A stretch of DNA of 63,909 nt, counting the filler. It is 6 parts of 6 records of this genome, joined end to end, with 100 filler letters (N's around TTAATTAATTAA, not from the genome) between each part and the next. Parts side by side here need not be neighbours in the genome. Positions count along the whole stretch, not along the records: positions 22,191 to 39,011 come from SRR2962707_2351; positions 39,112 to 51,195 come from SRR2962707_2354; 4 more parts are not named here. The stretch is one strand, 5' to 3'. The position numbers were made by a program, and so were the translations under genes. The notes under the pieces were generated by a model. It had not been told where the DNA came from. It ran no database searches and saw nothing but the letters and a program-made list of their open reading frames with translations. Within the stretch, counting starts at the first letter, position 1. Every line of letters starts with the position of its first letter. Positions 29,072 through 39,112 of the stretch are shown here, one piece after another.

Positions 29072-29111
29072 TTGAGGGATGACGCCGAGCAGGCGCCGCC
29101 TTCCAAACCCC

Positions 29112-29225
29112 TATGGAGGCGGCCCTGCTGGCGAATGATGTCTGACGCTGGGACAACCTTCGCCTGCAAGGCAGGCTCCCACAGGTGGCTACGAAGCGGC
29201 CGTGGGAGCTGCCCTGGCGGCGAAT
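29112..29225. repeat. Cluster of REP elements in alternating orientation
   Basis: Units of GTGGGAGC..(C)CCTG..GGCGAAT at 29112-29136 (degenerate), 29159-29183 (reverse) and 29202-29225. Confidence 0.75.
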
Positions 29226-29255
29226 CGGCGTGCGCGGCGCACTAGTGTGATGTGT

Positions 29256-29786
29256 TCAGGAAGGGCGGCGCAGCTCGGCCGCCACGTTATCGATCACAGC
29301 GGCGAAATCCGGTTTGGCCACCAGCGCCAGGATCAGGCTGAAGATACCGTTGATCAGGGCCAGCACGACGTCAGCGTGGGCCAGACTGAGCACGATCGCC
29401 AGCACCGACACCAGGTCCATCACACCCAGGAACGAGAAGGCTCCCGCTTGCGCCTTCAGCATCGCCAGCTCCTGGCCCTCGGCGCTTTTCGCCCGAGGAT
29501 CCTTCAGCGGCCGCGCGGCCACCGTTTCCGGGGCCAGCAGCACCTTCCGCAAGGGCCGCGCCACCACCAGCATCAGTCCCATGGCGCCCACCGCCACCAT
29601 GCGGGCGGTATCCACCGGCGCCAGTTGCGCCAGCGGCTGGAAGTGCCCGTAGATCACCAGCAACGCGATGGCGATGCCCACCAGCAGCGGCGCCGCCAGC
29701 ACCGCGAACCACACCAGCGTCAACCGCCGGGCCAGCGCCCTTGTTTGATCCGATACGGCTTGATCCGACCTGGTTTGATTCGACAT
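29256..29786 (-). CDS. Hypothetical membrane protein (about four TM segments)
   Basis: Hydrophobic segments; co-directional with and just downstream of yajQ; GGAG upstream of ATG 29786. Confidence 0.7.
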   Translation of the reverse strand: MSNQTRSDQAVSDQTRALARRLTLVWFAVLAAPLLVGIAIALLVIYGHFQPLAQLAPVDTARMVAVGAMGLMLVVARPLRKVLLAPETVAARPLKDPRAKSAEGQELAMLKAQAGAFSFLGVMDLVSVLAIVLSLAHADVVLALINGIFSLILALVAKPDFAAVIDNVAAELRRPS

Positions 29787-29816
29787 GGCACTTCGCTCCG
29801 CTATCAAGGGCGCCGG

Positions 29817-30302
29817 TCAGTCGCGGAAATTGTTGAACTGCAGCGGCAGTTCCAGCTTGGATTCCTTGAGCATGGCGATCACTTGCTGCAGGTCATCCCG
29901 CTTCTTGCCGTTGACCCGCACCTGATCCCCCTGGATCGATGCCTGCACCTTGATCTTGCTGTCCTTGATCATCTTGACGATCTTCTTGGCGGTGGGCTGG
30001 TCGATGCCCTGCTTGAAAGCCAGGGTGAGGGAGAAAGTCTTGCCGCTGTGCACCGGCTTGTCTTCCCGGTCGGCGCCGGCGGCGCTCAGATTCTGTTTTA
30101 CACAGGCCTTGGCGAACAGCTCCTCGAGCTGGCGAACCTGGAATTCCGATTCGGTCTTCAGCGTCACCGACAGCCCGTTCTGTTCGATACTGGCTTCCAC
30201 GCCACGGAAATCAAAGCGGCTGGCCAGCTCCCGGTTGGCGTTATCCACGGCGTGGCGCAGCGCCACTTCATCGGTTTCGGAAACGATGTCGAAGGACGGC
30301 AT
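29817..30302 (-). CDS. yajQ: YajQ family nucleotide/c-di-GMP-binding protein
   Basis: MPSFDIVSE, RFDFRG, KVQASIQGDQVRV.GKKRDDLQ, LQFNNFRD. Confidence 0.96.
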   Translation of the reverse strand: MPSFDIVSETDEVALRHAVDNANRELASRFDFRGVEASIEQNGLSVTLKTESEFQVRQLEELFAKACVKQNLSAAGADREDKPVHSGKTFSLTLAFKQGIDQPTAKKIVKMIKDSKIKVQASIQGDQVRVNGKKRDDLQQVIAMLKESKLELPLQFNNFRD

Positions 30303-30386
30303 GGTTCTTTCCTTGCTTCAGTTGATTCCGGCCAGGACGGCCCCGCGGGGGGATTATACGGGGTTTGCCTGAGGAGCGAAGCACCC

Positions 30387-30415
30387 TTGTTGCGCAACAC
30401 GCAACATCTTATAAT
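30387..30415 (+). promoter_or_regulatory. higBA promoter with overlapping palindromic operator
   Basis: TTGTTG-17 nt-TATAAT; inverted repeat TGTTGCG-N5-CGCAACA at 30388-30406. Confidence 0.7.
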
Positions 30416-30423
30416 CCATCACC

Positions 30424-30702
30424 ATGATCAAATCATTCCGCGACAAAGGACTGCAGCGGTTTTTCACCACCGGTTCCACCGCCGGTGTTCAAACCCCTCA
30501 TGCCAAGCGTCTGAGGATGCAACTGGCCGCCCTGGATACCGCAACGGTCATTGAGGATATGGATATTCCGGGCTTCTCCTTGCACCCCTTGAAAGGAAAA
30601 GCAAAGGGGCGCTGGTCCATCCGGGTAAGCGGAAACTGGCGTCTGACCTTTGAATTCAAGGACGGCAACGCCTATGTGTTGAACTACGAGGATTATCACT
30701 GA
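30424..30702 (+). CDS. higB: Type II TA toxin, HigB (RelE/ParE superfamily)
   Basis: MIKSFRDKGL..FF..G, LHPLKG, WSIRVSGNWRLTFEF, YEDYH. Confidence 0.92.
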   Translation: MIKSFRDKGLQRFFTTGSTAGVQTPHAKRLRMQLAALDTATVIEDMDIPGFSLHPLKGKAKGRWSIRVSGNWRLTFEFKDGNAYVLNYEDYH

Positions 30703-30995
30703 TGAACATGCACCATCCCCCACACCCCGGTGAGTTCATCCGAGAGGTTTACCTGGAACCTCACGGTTTAAGTGTGCGTGCGCTGGCGGCAAAGCTGGAT
30801 ATCTCTCCCTCCTCGCTCAGTCGTGTCCTTAACGGGGCCAGCGGCGTGAGCCCGGAAATGGCTTTGCGCCTATCAAAAGCCCTGGGGCGAACTCCGGAAA
30901 GCTGGCTGGCCTTGCAGGACCTTTACGACCTCTGGCAGGCACGGCAACGGATCAATCTGGACAAGGTCCAGGCCATCGATTTCAAGGTTGCCTGA
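30702..30995 (+). CDS. higA: Type II TA antitoxin HigA (XRE HTH)
   Basis: PPHPGEFIRE.YLEP, SPEMALRLSKALG.TPESWL.LQ; TGATG coupling to higB. Confidence 0.93.
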   Translation: MNMHHPPHPGEFIREVYLEPHGLSVRALAAKLDISPSSLSRVLNGASGVSPEMALRLSKALGRTPESWLALQDLYDLWQARQRINLDKVQAIDFKVA

Positions 30996-31090
30996 ACCAC
31001 CGGAACCCTTCTCCGCCGCAAGCGCGTTGCATTGCCGCGCCCGGCACAATCGCCGACACTAGCCGCCCCAATCACCATGAAGCAACGATC

Positions 31091-31690
31091 ATGAGAGCCT
31101 TCGTTCTGCGCGCCCGAGCCGCCCCCACCGACAGTCGCCGCCTGCGCGAAGGCGTGGGACAGGCCGCCCATACCGAGATTCTGGCGCATAGTCTGATGAA
31201 CGCCCTGTTCGTTGCTCAGTCCCACCGCGACGATGTCACCGTCTACCTGGTACTGGAAAGCACTCAGGACTATTCACGCACCGTGGCTTTCGTCGCCGAC
31301 GATATCCGTGATCTCGGCGGCTTCCACGAGCAGGCGTTGCTTGACAGGATCGCCAGTGCCCTGGATGTGTCCCAGGGCATGGGCAAGGAACAAACCCGGA
31401 CGGTGGCACCGGGTATTACCGTGAGTACGCTGAGTTTCGAGAAGCTGGTTCAGGACCTGGCCAACGACTACCAGCTTTATGTCATGGACAAGAAAGGCGA
31501 ACCGATCCAGGACGTGGATTTCCCCGACAACCCCTGTTTCCTGCTCACCGACCACATTCCCATGCCGAAAAAGAGCTTCAACAGCCTCAAACGGCTGGGG
31601 GCGGAGAAAATCAGCCTGGGTCCGAAAATGCTGTTCGCCTCCCAATGCGTGGTGCTGATTCACAACGCCCTGGATATTCAGGGCGTGTGA
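31091..31690 (+). CDS. trmY: TrmY-like SPOUT pseudouridine methyltransferase
   Basis: MRAFVLRARAAPT, H.EILAH..MNA.FVAQSHR.DV, FLLTDHIPM, ISLGPKMLFASQC. Confidence 0.85.
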   Translation: MRAFVLRARAAPTDSRRLREGVGQAAHTEILAHSLMNALFVAQSHRDDVTVYLVLESTQDYSRTVAFVADDIRDLGGFHEQALLDRIASALDVSQGMGKEQTRTVAPGITVSTLSFEKLVQDLANDYQLYVMDKKGEPIQDVDFPDNPCFLLTDHIPMPKKSFNSLKRLGAEKISLGPKMLFASQCVVLIHNALDIQGV

Positions 31691-31697
31691 CGACGCC

Positions 31698-34463
31698 CTA
31701 GTGCGCCTCTTCCCAGTTGTCACCGATGCCGGCATCCACGATCAGCGGCACTTTCAGTTCGGCGGCGGCCTCCATGCGCTGGCGCACTTCCTTGACCAGG
31801 GATTCCACCTGCTTCTCCGCCACCTCAAAGACCAGTTCATCGTGTACCTGCATGATCATCAGGACATCAAAGTCCGTGGTGTCGAGCCAGTCGTGGACCT
31901 GCACCATGGCCCGTTTGATGATATCGGCGGCGGAGCCCTGCATCGGCGCGTTGATGGCGGTGCGCTCGGCGGCCTGACGGCGCTGGCCATTGCGGCTGTT
32001 GATTTCCGGCAGATAAAGGCGGCGCCCGAACAGGGTTTCCACATAGCCCTTGTCGGCGGCGGTGGCGCGGGTGTCATCCATGTAGCGGCGCACGCCCGGG
32101 TATTTTTCGAAGTAGCGGTCGATGTATTCCTGTGCTTCGCCGCGCGGTATGCGCAGTTGCTTGGCCAGGCCGAAAGCGCTCATGCCATAGATCAGGCCGA
32201 AGTTGATGGCCTTGGCATTACGGCGTTCGTTGTCGCTGACCTCATCCACGGTTTTGCCCCAGACCTCGGCGGCGGTGGCACGGTGAATATCCAGACCTTT
32301 CTCGAAGGCGTCCAGCAGGCCCTTGTCCCCACTGAGGTGGGCCATGATCCGCAGCTCGATCTGGGAATAGTCGCAGGCAACGATCTTGCGGGCCCCTTTA
32401 CCGTCCTCCGGAGGCACGGAAAACGCTTGGCGAATCTTGCGCCCTTCCTCACTGCGCACCGGAATGTTCTGCAGGTTGGGATCGCTGGAAGACAGCCGCC
32501 CGGTGGCCGCCACCGCCTGATGGTAGGAGGTGTGCACCCGGCCGGTGCGTGAGTCGATCAGTTCCGGCAGCTTGTCGGTGTAGGTGTTCTTCAACTTGGC
32601 CACTTCCCGGTAGCCCATGATCACTTCCGGTAACGGGTATTCCAGCGCCAGTTCCTGCAGTACCGCCTCGGCGGTGGAAGGCGCGCCTTTCGGGGTCTTC
32701 TTGATTACTGGAATTTCCAGCTTGGTATAGAGGATCTCACCCAACTGCTTCGGCGAGCCCAGGTTGAATTTTTGCCCCGCCAGCTCGTAGGCTTTTTCCT
32801 CCAGTTCCGCCATGCGCTTGGCCAGATACTGGCTTTGCCGCCGCAGTTTGGCGGCGTCCACATAGGCACCGTTGCGCTCTATGCGGCTGAGCACCGGCAC
32901 CAGCGGCATTTCAATTTCCTTGAACACCCGCTCCAGGGACTTTTCCTTCTCCAACTTCGGCCACAGTGCTTCGTGCAGCCGCCAGGTGATGTCCGCGTCC
33001 TCGGCGGCGTAAGTGCCGGCTTCCTCCAGGCCGATCTGATTGAAGGTCAGCTGCTTGGCGCCCTTGCCGGCGATTTCCTCGAAGCTGATGGTCTTGTGGC
33101 CCAGATACTTGAGCGCCAGGGAGTCCATGTCATGGCGGGTGGCGACGGAATCCAGCACATAGGACTCCAGCATGGTATCGAAGGCCACGCCACGAAGGGT
33201 AATCTCCGCGTCCACCGCCAGCACGCTCATGTCGTATTTGAGGTTCTGGCCCACCTTCTTGATGTTGTCGTCTTCCAGGATCGGCTTGAGAGCGGCCAAT
33301 ACCCGTTCCCGGGGAAGTTGATCCGGCGCTCCGGGGTAATCGTGGCCGAATGGAATATAAGCGGCTTCACCCGGCGCCAGCGCCATACTCACGCCAACCA
33401 GACGCGCCTGCATGTAATCCAGGCTGGTGGTCTCGGTGTCGAAGGCGAACACCTTGGCTTTACCCAGCTTCTTCACCCAGGCATCCAGCCCCGCCTCGTC
33501 GACGATAGTGACGTAGCCGTCGCGCTGAATCGCGCCCTGCTCTCCCCCTTCACCCTCAACCGCCGAAGCGCCGGCGGCCGGATCCTCGCCCTCCAGCAGT
33601 TCCGCCAGCCATCCCTTGAATTCCAGAGTGCGGTAATGGTGCATCAGGGCTTCCGTGTCCGGGTCGCCCATTTTCAGGTCTTTGAGCGCTTCCTTGAGCT
33701 CACAGTCCACCTTGATGGTGGCCAGCTTGTAGGAAAGGAACGCCTGCTCCCGGTGCTCTTCCAGTTTCTTGCCCAGGGTCTTGGCGCCACGCACGGAGAG
33801 TTCCGCCACCTTGTCCAGGTTGGCGTAGATCCGTTCCATCGATCCGAGCCCCTGCAACAGGGCCAGAGCGGTTTTCTCACCGACCCCGGGAACGCCAGGG
33901 ATGTTGTCCACCTTGTCGCCCATCAGCGCCAGGAAGTCGATGATCAACTCCGGGCCGACGCCGAATTTGTTCTTCACCCCATCCACGTCGAGCAGGGTGT
34001 CGGTCATGGTGTTGATCAGGGTGACCTTGCCGTTGACCAGCTGCGCCATGTCCTTGTCGCCGGTGGAGATCAGCACGTGCTTGCCCTCGCCGCCGAACTG
34101 GCGGGCGAAGGTGCCGATCACGTCATCCGCCTCGACCCCCTCTTCAACGATCAGCGGCAGCCCCATGGCGCGGATCAGATCGTGCAACGGCTGCACTTGC
34201 TCGCGCAGTTCGTCCGGCATCGGCGGCCGGTTGGATTTGTACTCCTCGAACAGTTCATCCCGGAACGTCTTGCCCTTGGCGTCGAACACCACCGCCATGT
34301 ATTCCGGATCGTAGTCCTTGATCAGCTTGCGCAGCATCGACGCCACGCCTCGCACCGCGCCAGTGGGCTGCCCGTTGGAGGTGGTCAGCGGCGGCAAGGC
34401 ATGGAAAGCGCGGTAAAGATAGGAAGAACCGTCGACAAGAATGATCGGTTTGGACTCGGCCAT
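31698..34463 (-). CDS. polA: DNA polymerase I
   Basis: [63 protein letters not shown]; start at ATG 34463. Confidence 0.98.
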   Translation of the reverse strand: MAESKPIILVDGSSYLYRAFHALPPLTTSNGQPTGAVRGVASMLRKLIKDYDPEYMAVVFDAKGKTFRDELFEEYKSNRPPMPDELREQVQPLHDLIRAMGLPLIVEEGVEADDVIGTFARQFGGEGKHVLISTGDKDMAQLVNGKVTLINTMTDTLLDVDGVKNKFGVGPELIIDFLALMGDKVDNIPGVPGVGEKTALALLQGLGSMERIYANLDKVAELSVRGAKTLGKKLEEHREQAFLSYKLATIKVDCELKEALKDLKMGDPDTEALMHHYRTLEFKGWLAELLEGEDPAAGASAVEGEGGEQGAIQRDGYVTIVDEAGLDAWVKKLGKAKVFAFDTETTSLDYMQARLVGVSMALAPGEAAYIPFGHDYPGAPDQLPRERVLAALKPILEDDNIKKVGQNLKYDMSVLAVDAEITLRGVAFDTMLESYVLDSVATRHDMDSLALKYLGHKTISFEEIAGKGAKQLTFNQIGLEEAGTYAAEDADITWRLHEALWPKLEKEKSLERVFKEIEMPLVPVLSRIERNGAYVDAAKLRRQSQYLAKRMAELEEKAYELAGQKFNLGSPKQLGEILYTKLEIPVIKKTPKGAPSTAEAVLQELALEYPLPEVIMGYREVAKLKNTYTDKLPELIDSRTGRVHTSYHQAVAATGRLSSSDPNLQNIPVRSEEGRKIRQAFSVPPEDGKGARKIVACDYSQIELRIMAHLSGDKGLLDAFEKGLDIHRATAAEVWGKTVDEVSDNERRNAKAINFGLIYGMSAFGLAKQLRIPRGEAQEYIDRYFEKYPGVRRYMDDTRATAADKGYVETLFGRRLYLPEINSRNGQRRQAAERTAINAPMQGSAADIIKRAMVQVHDWLDTTDFDVLMIMQVHDELVFEVAEKQVESLVKEVRQRMEAAAELKVPLIVDAGIGDNWEEAH

Positions 34464-34544
34464 GGGGGTCCCTGGGTCACTGTGAGGAAAGGCCACAGTG
34501 TAACGCGAAGGCTCGGGCCCAATCGACCGGAGAAGTCCGCCGGG

Positions 34545-34682
34545 GTGGCGCCACCGGCTGGCGAAGGGCTCTGTCTCCCAACGCCACAACGATTCGCTTG
34601 CAGGCAAGCTGCCACAGCGGCTTCGTAGCGCAACCTGTGGGAGCCAGCCTGCTGGCGAATTCCGGACCTTGAAGCTCCCACA
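34545..34682. repeat. Cluster of REP elements
   Basis: Degenerate unit 34545-34565, reverse unit 34592-34616, forward unit 34636-34660 (TGTGGGAGCCAGCCTGCTGGCGAAT), partial GCTCCCACA at about 34674-34682. Confidence 0.75.
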
Positions 34683-34717
34683 AAAAACCATGAAACCGCT
34701 GTTGGACCGGCATCGGC

Positions 34718-35749
34718 TCAGAGACGCTCGCGGATCCGCCGGCAGATGGCGTCCACCGCCTTGCGCGCGGCAGGAATGGCGCCGCCCATGGTAATGAAGC
34801 CGTGTACCAGCTCCGGATAGTCCAGATTCACCACGGTGACCCCGGCGGCCTTGAGTCTTTCGCCATAGGCCAGGCCTTCGTCGCGCAGCGGATCGGTGGC
34901 GGTCACCAGGATGGTTTCCGGCTGCCCCTGCAGATCCGGGTTGCGCAGCGGTGAGATGCGAATATCGTCCAGCAGGCTGTCATCAGGCAGGTACTGCTGG
35001 TGGAACCAGGCGATCATGTCCCGGTCCAGTCCACCTTGACCGGCTCCCAAGGTCTCCGCCGACTCGAAATTCGTCTCGCCGTCGGTTTTCGGATAAACCG
35101 CCACCACCAGTTTCGGCTTGGCAAGCCCTTCCAGCGCGGCCTGTTGCGCGGTGACGATACTCAGATTGCCGCCGGCGCTGTCGCCCATCACGGCGAGCCT
35201 CTGGTCATCCAATCCCAGCTTGTCAGCCTGCGCCAGAACCCATCGCCAGGCGGCCACCACGTCATCCGCGGCGGTGGGGGCCACATGCTCCGGCGCCAGC
35301 CGGTAGTCCACATTGAGGATCACCGCGCCGGTGCGGTTGGCCAGATAACGGCACAACCGGTCGTATTCCACGGCGGAACCAATGGTAAAACCGCCGCCGT
35401 GGAAATAAACGATGGCCGGGGCCGGAATCGGCGCCGCCACCGGACGGTACAAACGCACCAGGATATCGCCGCCGGCCACCGGCACGCGCAAATCACTGAC
35501 CTGGGCTACCGTTTCCTGGCCGACATCGAGCATGTCGATCATCTGCGCATAAAGAGCACGCCCCTTGGGTAGCGGCAGTTGATGAAACCCCTTGCGGCTG
35601 TCGCCGAGCGCCAGCAACAAGCGCAGGCGCGGATCCAGACGGCCACGGTCGACCTTTTCCACAAGACCGGCCAGACGCCCGAGAGCGCTACCGGGGAGTT
35701 TCATCAGGGTGCGGACAGTGTGCCGCTCCAGGGTGTGTTGTAACGCCAT
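34718..35749 (-). CDS. Alpha/beta hydrolase, HSL family IV esterase/lipase
   Basis: [29 protein letters not shown]. Confidence 0.93.
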   Translation of the reverse strand: MALQHTLERHTVRTLMKLPGSALGRLAGLVEKVDRGRLDPRLRLLLALGDSRKGFHQLPLPKGRALYAQMIDMLDVGQETVAQVSDLRVPVAGGDILVRLYRPVAAPIPAPAIVYFHGGGFTIGSAVEYDRLCRYLANRTGAVILNVDYRLAPEHVAPTAADDVVAAWRWVLAQADKLGLDDQRLAVMGDSAGGNLSIVTAQQAALEGLAKPKLVVAVYPKTDGETNFESAETLGAGQGGLDRDMIAWFHQQYLPDDSLLDDIRISPLRNPDLQGQPETILVTATDPLRDEGLAYGERLKAAGVTVVNLDYPELVHGFITMGGAIPAARKAVDAICRRIRERL

Positions 35750-35768
35750 GTCTTCTCCTTGCTGAGGA

Positions 35769-35794
35769 GATTTGTAAAATATTTTTTACAAATC
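35769..35794. promoter_or_regulatory. AT-rich perfect inverted repeat, putative operator
   Basis: GATTTGTAAAA-TATT-TTTTACAAATC between the divergent esterase and thrB genes. Confidence 0.65.
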
Positions 35795-35911
35795 GTGCCC
35801 GGGAAATGCGAGAGTTATACCATCGGTCAATGTAAACGGCTCGGTCATCCCCGGCCGTTTTTCGGGCACCCTCTCCCCCGGTGGATGCCCTGTGTTTCAA
35901 GGAAGACGTTC

Positions 35912-36829
35912 ATGTCCGTCTACACGCCCGTGTCCCAACGTCGCATCGCCGAGGTGCTGACGCATTACAACCTGGAGCTGGTATCGGCCACCGCCGCCAG
36001 CCACGGCATTGAAAACAGTACTTTCCTGATCGAAGCCCGCCAGTACGATGGCGCCACCCGGGAGGTGGTGCTGACCGTGTTCGAACAGTTCGACGAGGAC
36101 GAGCTGGCACCCTACATCAAGGTGGTGTCCGACCTCGCGCTGGCACGCCTGCCGGTGGCGCCGGCGCTGGCGGACGGCAAGGGGCGCACTGTTCACGAGG
36201 TGGAGGGCAAGCCCGCGGTATTGATGCCGCGCCTGCGCGGCGAGCATTGTCTGACCCCGCAGGTGGAACACTGCCGCCAGATCGGCCATGTGCTGTCGCA
36301 ATTGCATCAGGCACCGATCGACGACCTGGGGCGCCTGCCCAATGAACGGGAACGGCTGGCCCGCTTCATGGAACAGTCCACGCGGCTACCGGACGCCGCC
36401 GCCCATCAGGCCGCCCAGATCCTGAAACGCTGGAAAAAGACGCCCCCCACCGGAGTACTGGTTCACGCCGACCTGTTCCGCGACAACGTGCTGTTCGACG
36501 GCGATCACCTGAGTGGCGTGCTGGACTTCTACAACGCCTGCGCGGAACGCCCGGAATACGACTTGGCGGTGGCGCTGAACGACTGGTGCGTGGCCGCCGA
36601 CGGCCGGCCGGTTCCACGCCGCGAAGCGGCGTTATTGGTCGGTTACCGTGAAGGCGGGGGGCATTACGACGAGGAAGTGCTGGCACTGGCTCTGGCGGTG
36701 GCGGCGCTGCGTTTCTGGCTGTCCCGGCTGGCCGGGCCGGTGTCCGCCGATGCCGAGGGGCAAGGCAGCAAGGATCCGGCGGAATTCGCCCGTATTTTCG
36801 GCTACCGCTTCAACGCGCTCAGTCTGTGA
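35912..36829 (+). CDS. thrB: Homoserine kinase type II
   Basis: MSVYT, GIENS.F, VLTVFE, HADLFRDNVLF, DFY.AC, DLAVALNDWC, ALRFWLSR. Confidence 0.92.
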   Translation: MSVYTPVSQRRIAEVLTHYNLELVSATAASHGIENSTFLIEARQYDGATREVVLTVFEQFDEDELAPYIKVVSDLALARLPVAPALADGKGRTVHEVEGKPAVLMPRLRGEHCLTPQVEHCRQIGHVLSQLHQAPIDDLGRLPNERERLARFMEQSTRLPDAAAHQAAQILKRWKKTPPTGVLVHADLFRDNVLFDGDHLSGVLDFYNACAERPEYDLAVALNDWCVAADGRPVPRREAALLVGYREGGGHYDEEVLALALAVAALRFWLSRLAGPVSADAEGQGSKDPAEFARIFGYRFNALSL

Positions 36830-36853
36830 CTCCTCATTGATATGCGGGCGGCG

Positions 36854-37981
36854 TTACCCGCCAGCGCGGATGCGCCGGTTCAGTTGCTCCAGCCAATCCT
36901 GCTCCCGCCATAACCAGGGCGTCTGCGGCCGCGCCAGACTGGTCGGCGTCATTACCGACACCCCGGCGGTGAGCGCCTGATCCACGGTGGATTCGATGAA
37001 CGCCGCCCAGCCCCGGGGCAGCGATGAAGGCGGCCGGGATACCTGCAAGTAGCCGTCGCCCAGGACCGGCTCCATGCGCCGTAGACGAGCGAACGCCAAC
37101 CGCCGGTTCAACTGATCGTGCAGGCGCCGCAACCACTGCTCGCCAGTGGCCTCCATCAGCAATTGCCGCACCGGCGGTGCCAGCACGCGGCCAAGCCGGC
37201 CAGGCACCGGCAGACGCTCGCCGCTGGCCAGGCGAAAACGGGGATCGTCATCGAGCCACAGCGCCAATTCCAGGAAGTCCAGTTCTCCGGTGTCCATCTG
37301 CCGCAGGTATTCGCTTTGTCCGGCGCCACAACTGACTCCGAAACGCACACCAGGGAACAGCGCCCGCAGCGTCCTCGGCACTTCCACCAAGTAGGCCTCC
37401 AAGGACCGCTCCTGGCGCTCGCTCCAATGCCGTGGCAGCGGTCGTTCCGGTGAACGGCCAAACACCCGGCGGATCAGTCCATGGGCCGCCGGCGGCTGGG
37501 GGAACTGGTGGCAGAAGTCCACCGCCACCACCCGGTCCAGCAAATCCCACTCCCGAATCAAACCCAGGGTTTGCGCCCAGACATCAACGAAATCCTCCGG
37601 TCGTCGCACGAAAGAACGGCGGGCGCGGGAGTCCGGCAGGAAATGGCTGTGCAACCATAACGACAGGCCGCGGTCGGCGGCGCCCTGCAGCAGCCGCCTC
37701 ACGTTGCGGCGAATGCGGATGGTGGCCTTGCTGGCGGCAAGGTCTCGGCGCGGGTCGGCGGGCACATCCAGCTCACAGCGGTCCATATGGACACCGCGCG
37801 CCGGCGCCGCCAGCAGATGGGGGAAGGGGTCCAGGCGCAGAGCATTGAAACCGCGAGCCACCGTCTCATCCAGCACACGGTCCAGAGACCGGTACTCACG
37901 CGCCAGCGGCCAGGCATAATCCCAGCACGCCAGGGCGAGGCGCTCGCTCTCCTTACCTGCTGACGGTCCCTGCTCACCCAT
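36854..37981 (-). CDS. Cellulase-like family (GH-A TIM barrel) protein, probably non-catalytic
   Basis: RLAL..WDY.W, DE.V.RGFNALRLD.FPHLL, LDFLE...W, P...LW. Confidence 0.7.
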   Translation of the reverse strand: MGEQGPSAGKESERLALACWDYAWPLAREYRSLDRVLDETVARGFNALRLDPFPHLLAAPARGVHMDRCELDVPADPRRDLAASKATIRIRRNVRRLLQGAADRGLSLWLHSHFLPDSRARRSFVRRPEDFVDVWAQTLGLIREWDLLDRVVAVDFCHQFPQPPAAHGLIRRVFGRSPERPLPRHWSERQERSLEAYLVEVPRTLRALFPGVRFGVSCGAGQSEYLRQMDTGELDFLELALWLDDDPRFRLASGERLPVPGRLGRVLAPPVRQLLMEATGEQWLRRLHDQLNRRLAFARLRRMEPVLGDGYLQVSRPPSSLPRGWAAFIESTVDQALTAGVSVMTPTSLARPQTPWLWREQDWLEQLNRRIRAGG

Positions 37982-38059
37982 CCGCTCTGCTCTTATTCAA
38001 ACAAGCGCATCAGCATACCGGTTTCGGCGCCGCGCTCAATGGCCCCGGGCGGGCCAATA

Positions 38060-38944
38060 TTACCGTCCCGCTTGCAAACAGGTGACGAAGGCGGGGGTGA
38101 CCACCTGTTCCAGCCAGTCGCTGTAACCGCTGTCCGTGTGGTCCCGGCCCAACGGGTCCAGCCTGATCTGGTCACAATCCGGGCACAACCGCTTCACCAG
38201 TTGCCCCTGGGCTTCCGGCTCCAACAGAGCACACCGCATATTGCTTTTGTTGATCCGCGCCGCCAACGTGACGAAGCGGCGGCTGCTCGGCCCCGCGCCC
38301 AGTTGCTCGCTGATCACCAGCGGGTCGGCCAGGCCGAAGTGATGTTGAAAATAAGCGTAAGGATGATGGTAGGTCAGCCAGGCCTGCTGTCGCAGCGGTG
38401 CAAGACGCGCGGCGATGGCCTGCTCGGAGGCTTCCACGGCGGCGATGAAGCGGCCCGGTTCCATCGCCGGCAAGGGCACCCGGTCCTGCTCCGCCAATGC
38501 TCGCGCCAGTACCACCATGTTGGCGGGCGCCAGCCACAAATGCGGATCGATCTGGCTGTGCGAATGACCGGCGTGATCCCCAGCATGATCGTGACCGGCG
38601 CTGCCATCACGCACTTCGGCGCCCGGCAGGTCCGCCAGGGCCAGGTTGGGACCGGAACGGCGCCGGATCAGCGCCGCCACTGGTGGCTCGGCGTCCTCGC
38701 CAAGCCACACCACAAGATCCGCGTCCCTGACCGCCAGAGCCTGGCGTGGCGACAACGACAGATGGTGCGGATTCTGATTCGGCGCCAGCAGCGTGACCAC
38801 CTCGGCCTGGTCGCCATACAGTTGCCGCAACGCCATGGCCAGCGGCTCGACACTGGCGACGATGGTGGCGGAAGATGATGGCGAGGCCGGAAGCGAAACC
38901 GGCAACCCCGCCAGCAATAGCAGAATCAACAAGAAACAGCGCAT
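38060..38944 (-). CDS. znuA: Zinc ABC transporter substrate-binding protein
   Basis: VAS..PL, PHH.SL.P, His-rich loop, DPHLWL.P, HHPYAYF, LDPLG; polA-thrB-znuA order as in Pseudomonas. Confidence 0.85.
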   Translation of the reverse strand: MRCFLLILLLLAGLPVSLPASPSSSATIVASVEPLAMALRQLYGDQAEVVTLLAPNQNPHHLSLSPRQALAVRDADLVVWLGEDAEPPVAALIRRRSGPNLALADLPGAEVRDGSAGHDHAGDHAGHSHSQIDPHLWLAPANMVVLARALAEQDRVPLPAMEPGRFIAAVEASEQAIAARLAPLRQQAWLTYHHPYAYFQHHFGLADPLVISEQLGAGPSSRRFVTLAARINKSNMRCALLEPEAQGQLVKRLCPDCDQIRLDPLGRDHTDSGYSDWLEQVVTPAFVTCLQAGR

Positions 38945-39011
38945 GGGGCATCCCCGAAAACAGCAAACCCGGACGCCGACGAGGGCCTGTTCATACTACT
39001 TGCATCCCGCC

Positions 39012-39111
39012 NNNNNNNNNNNNNNNNNNNNNNNNNNNNNNNNNNNNNNNNNNNNTTAATTAATTAANNNNNNNNNNNNNNNNNNNNNNNNNNNNNNNNN
39101 NNNNNNNNNNN
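39012..39111. other. Artificial contig linker
   Basis: N44-TTAATTAATTAA-N44. Confidence 0.99.
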
Positions 39112-39112
39112 T

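Noticed and set aside
29112..29225. REP cluster as a mini-CRISPR
   Set aside because: Units alternate in orientation and are degenerate; no leader or cas genes
32772..34628. 618-aa + strand ORF
   Set aside because: Antisense shadow of polA
34464..34691. 76-aa N-terminal extension of PolA in the ORF track
   Set aside because: Runs through REP elements; homology starts at [12 protein letters not shown]
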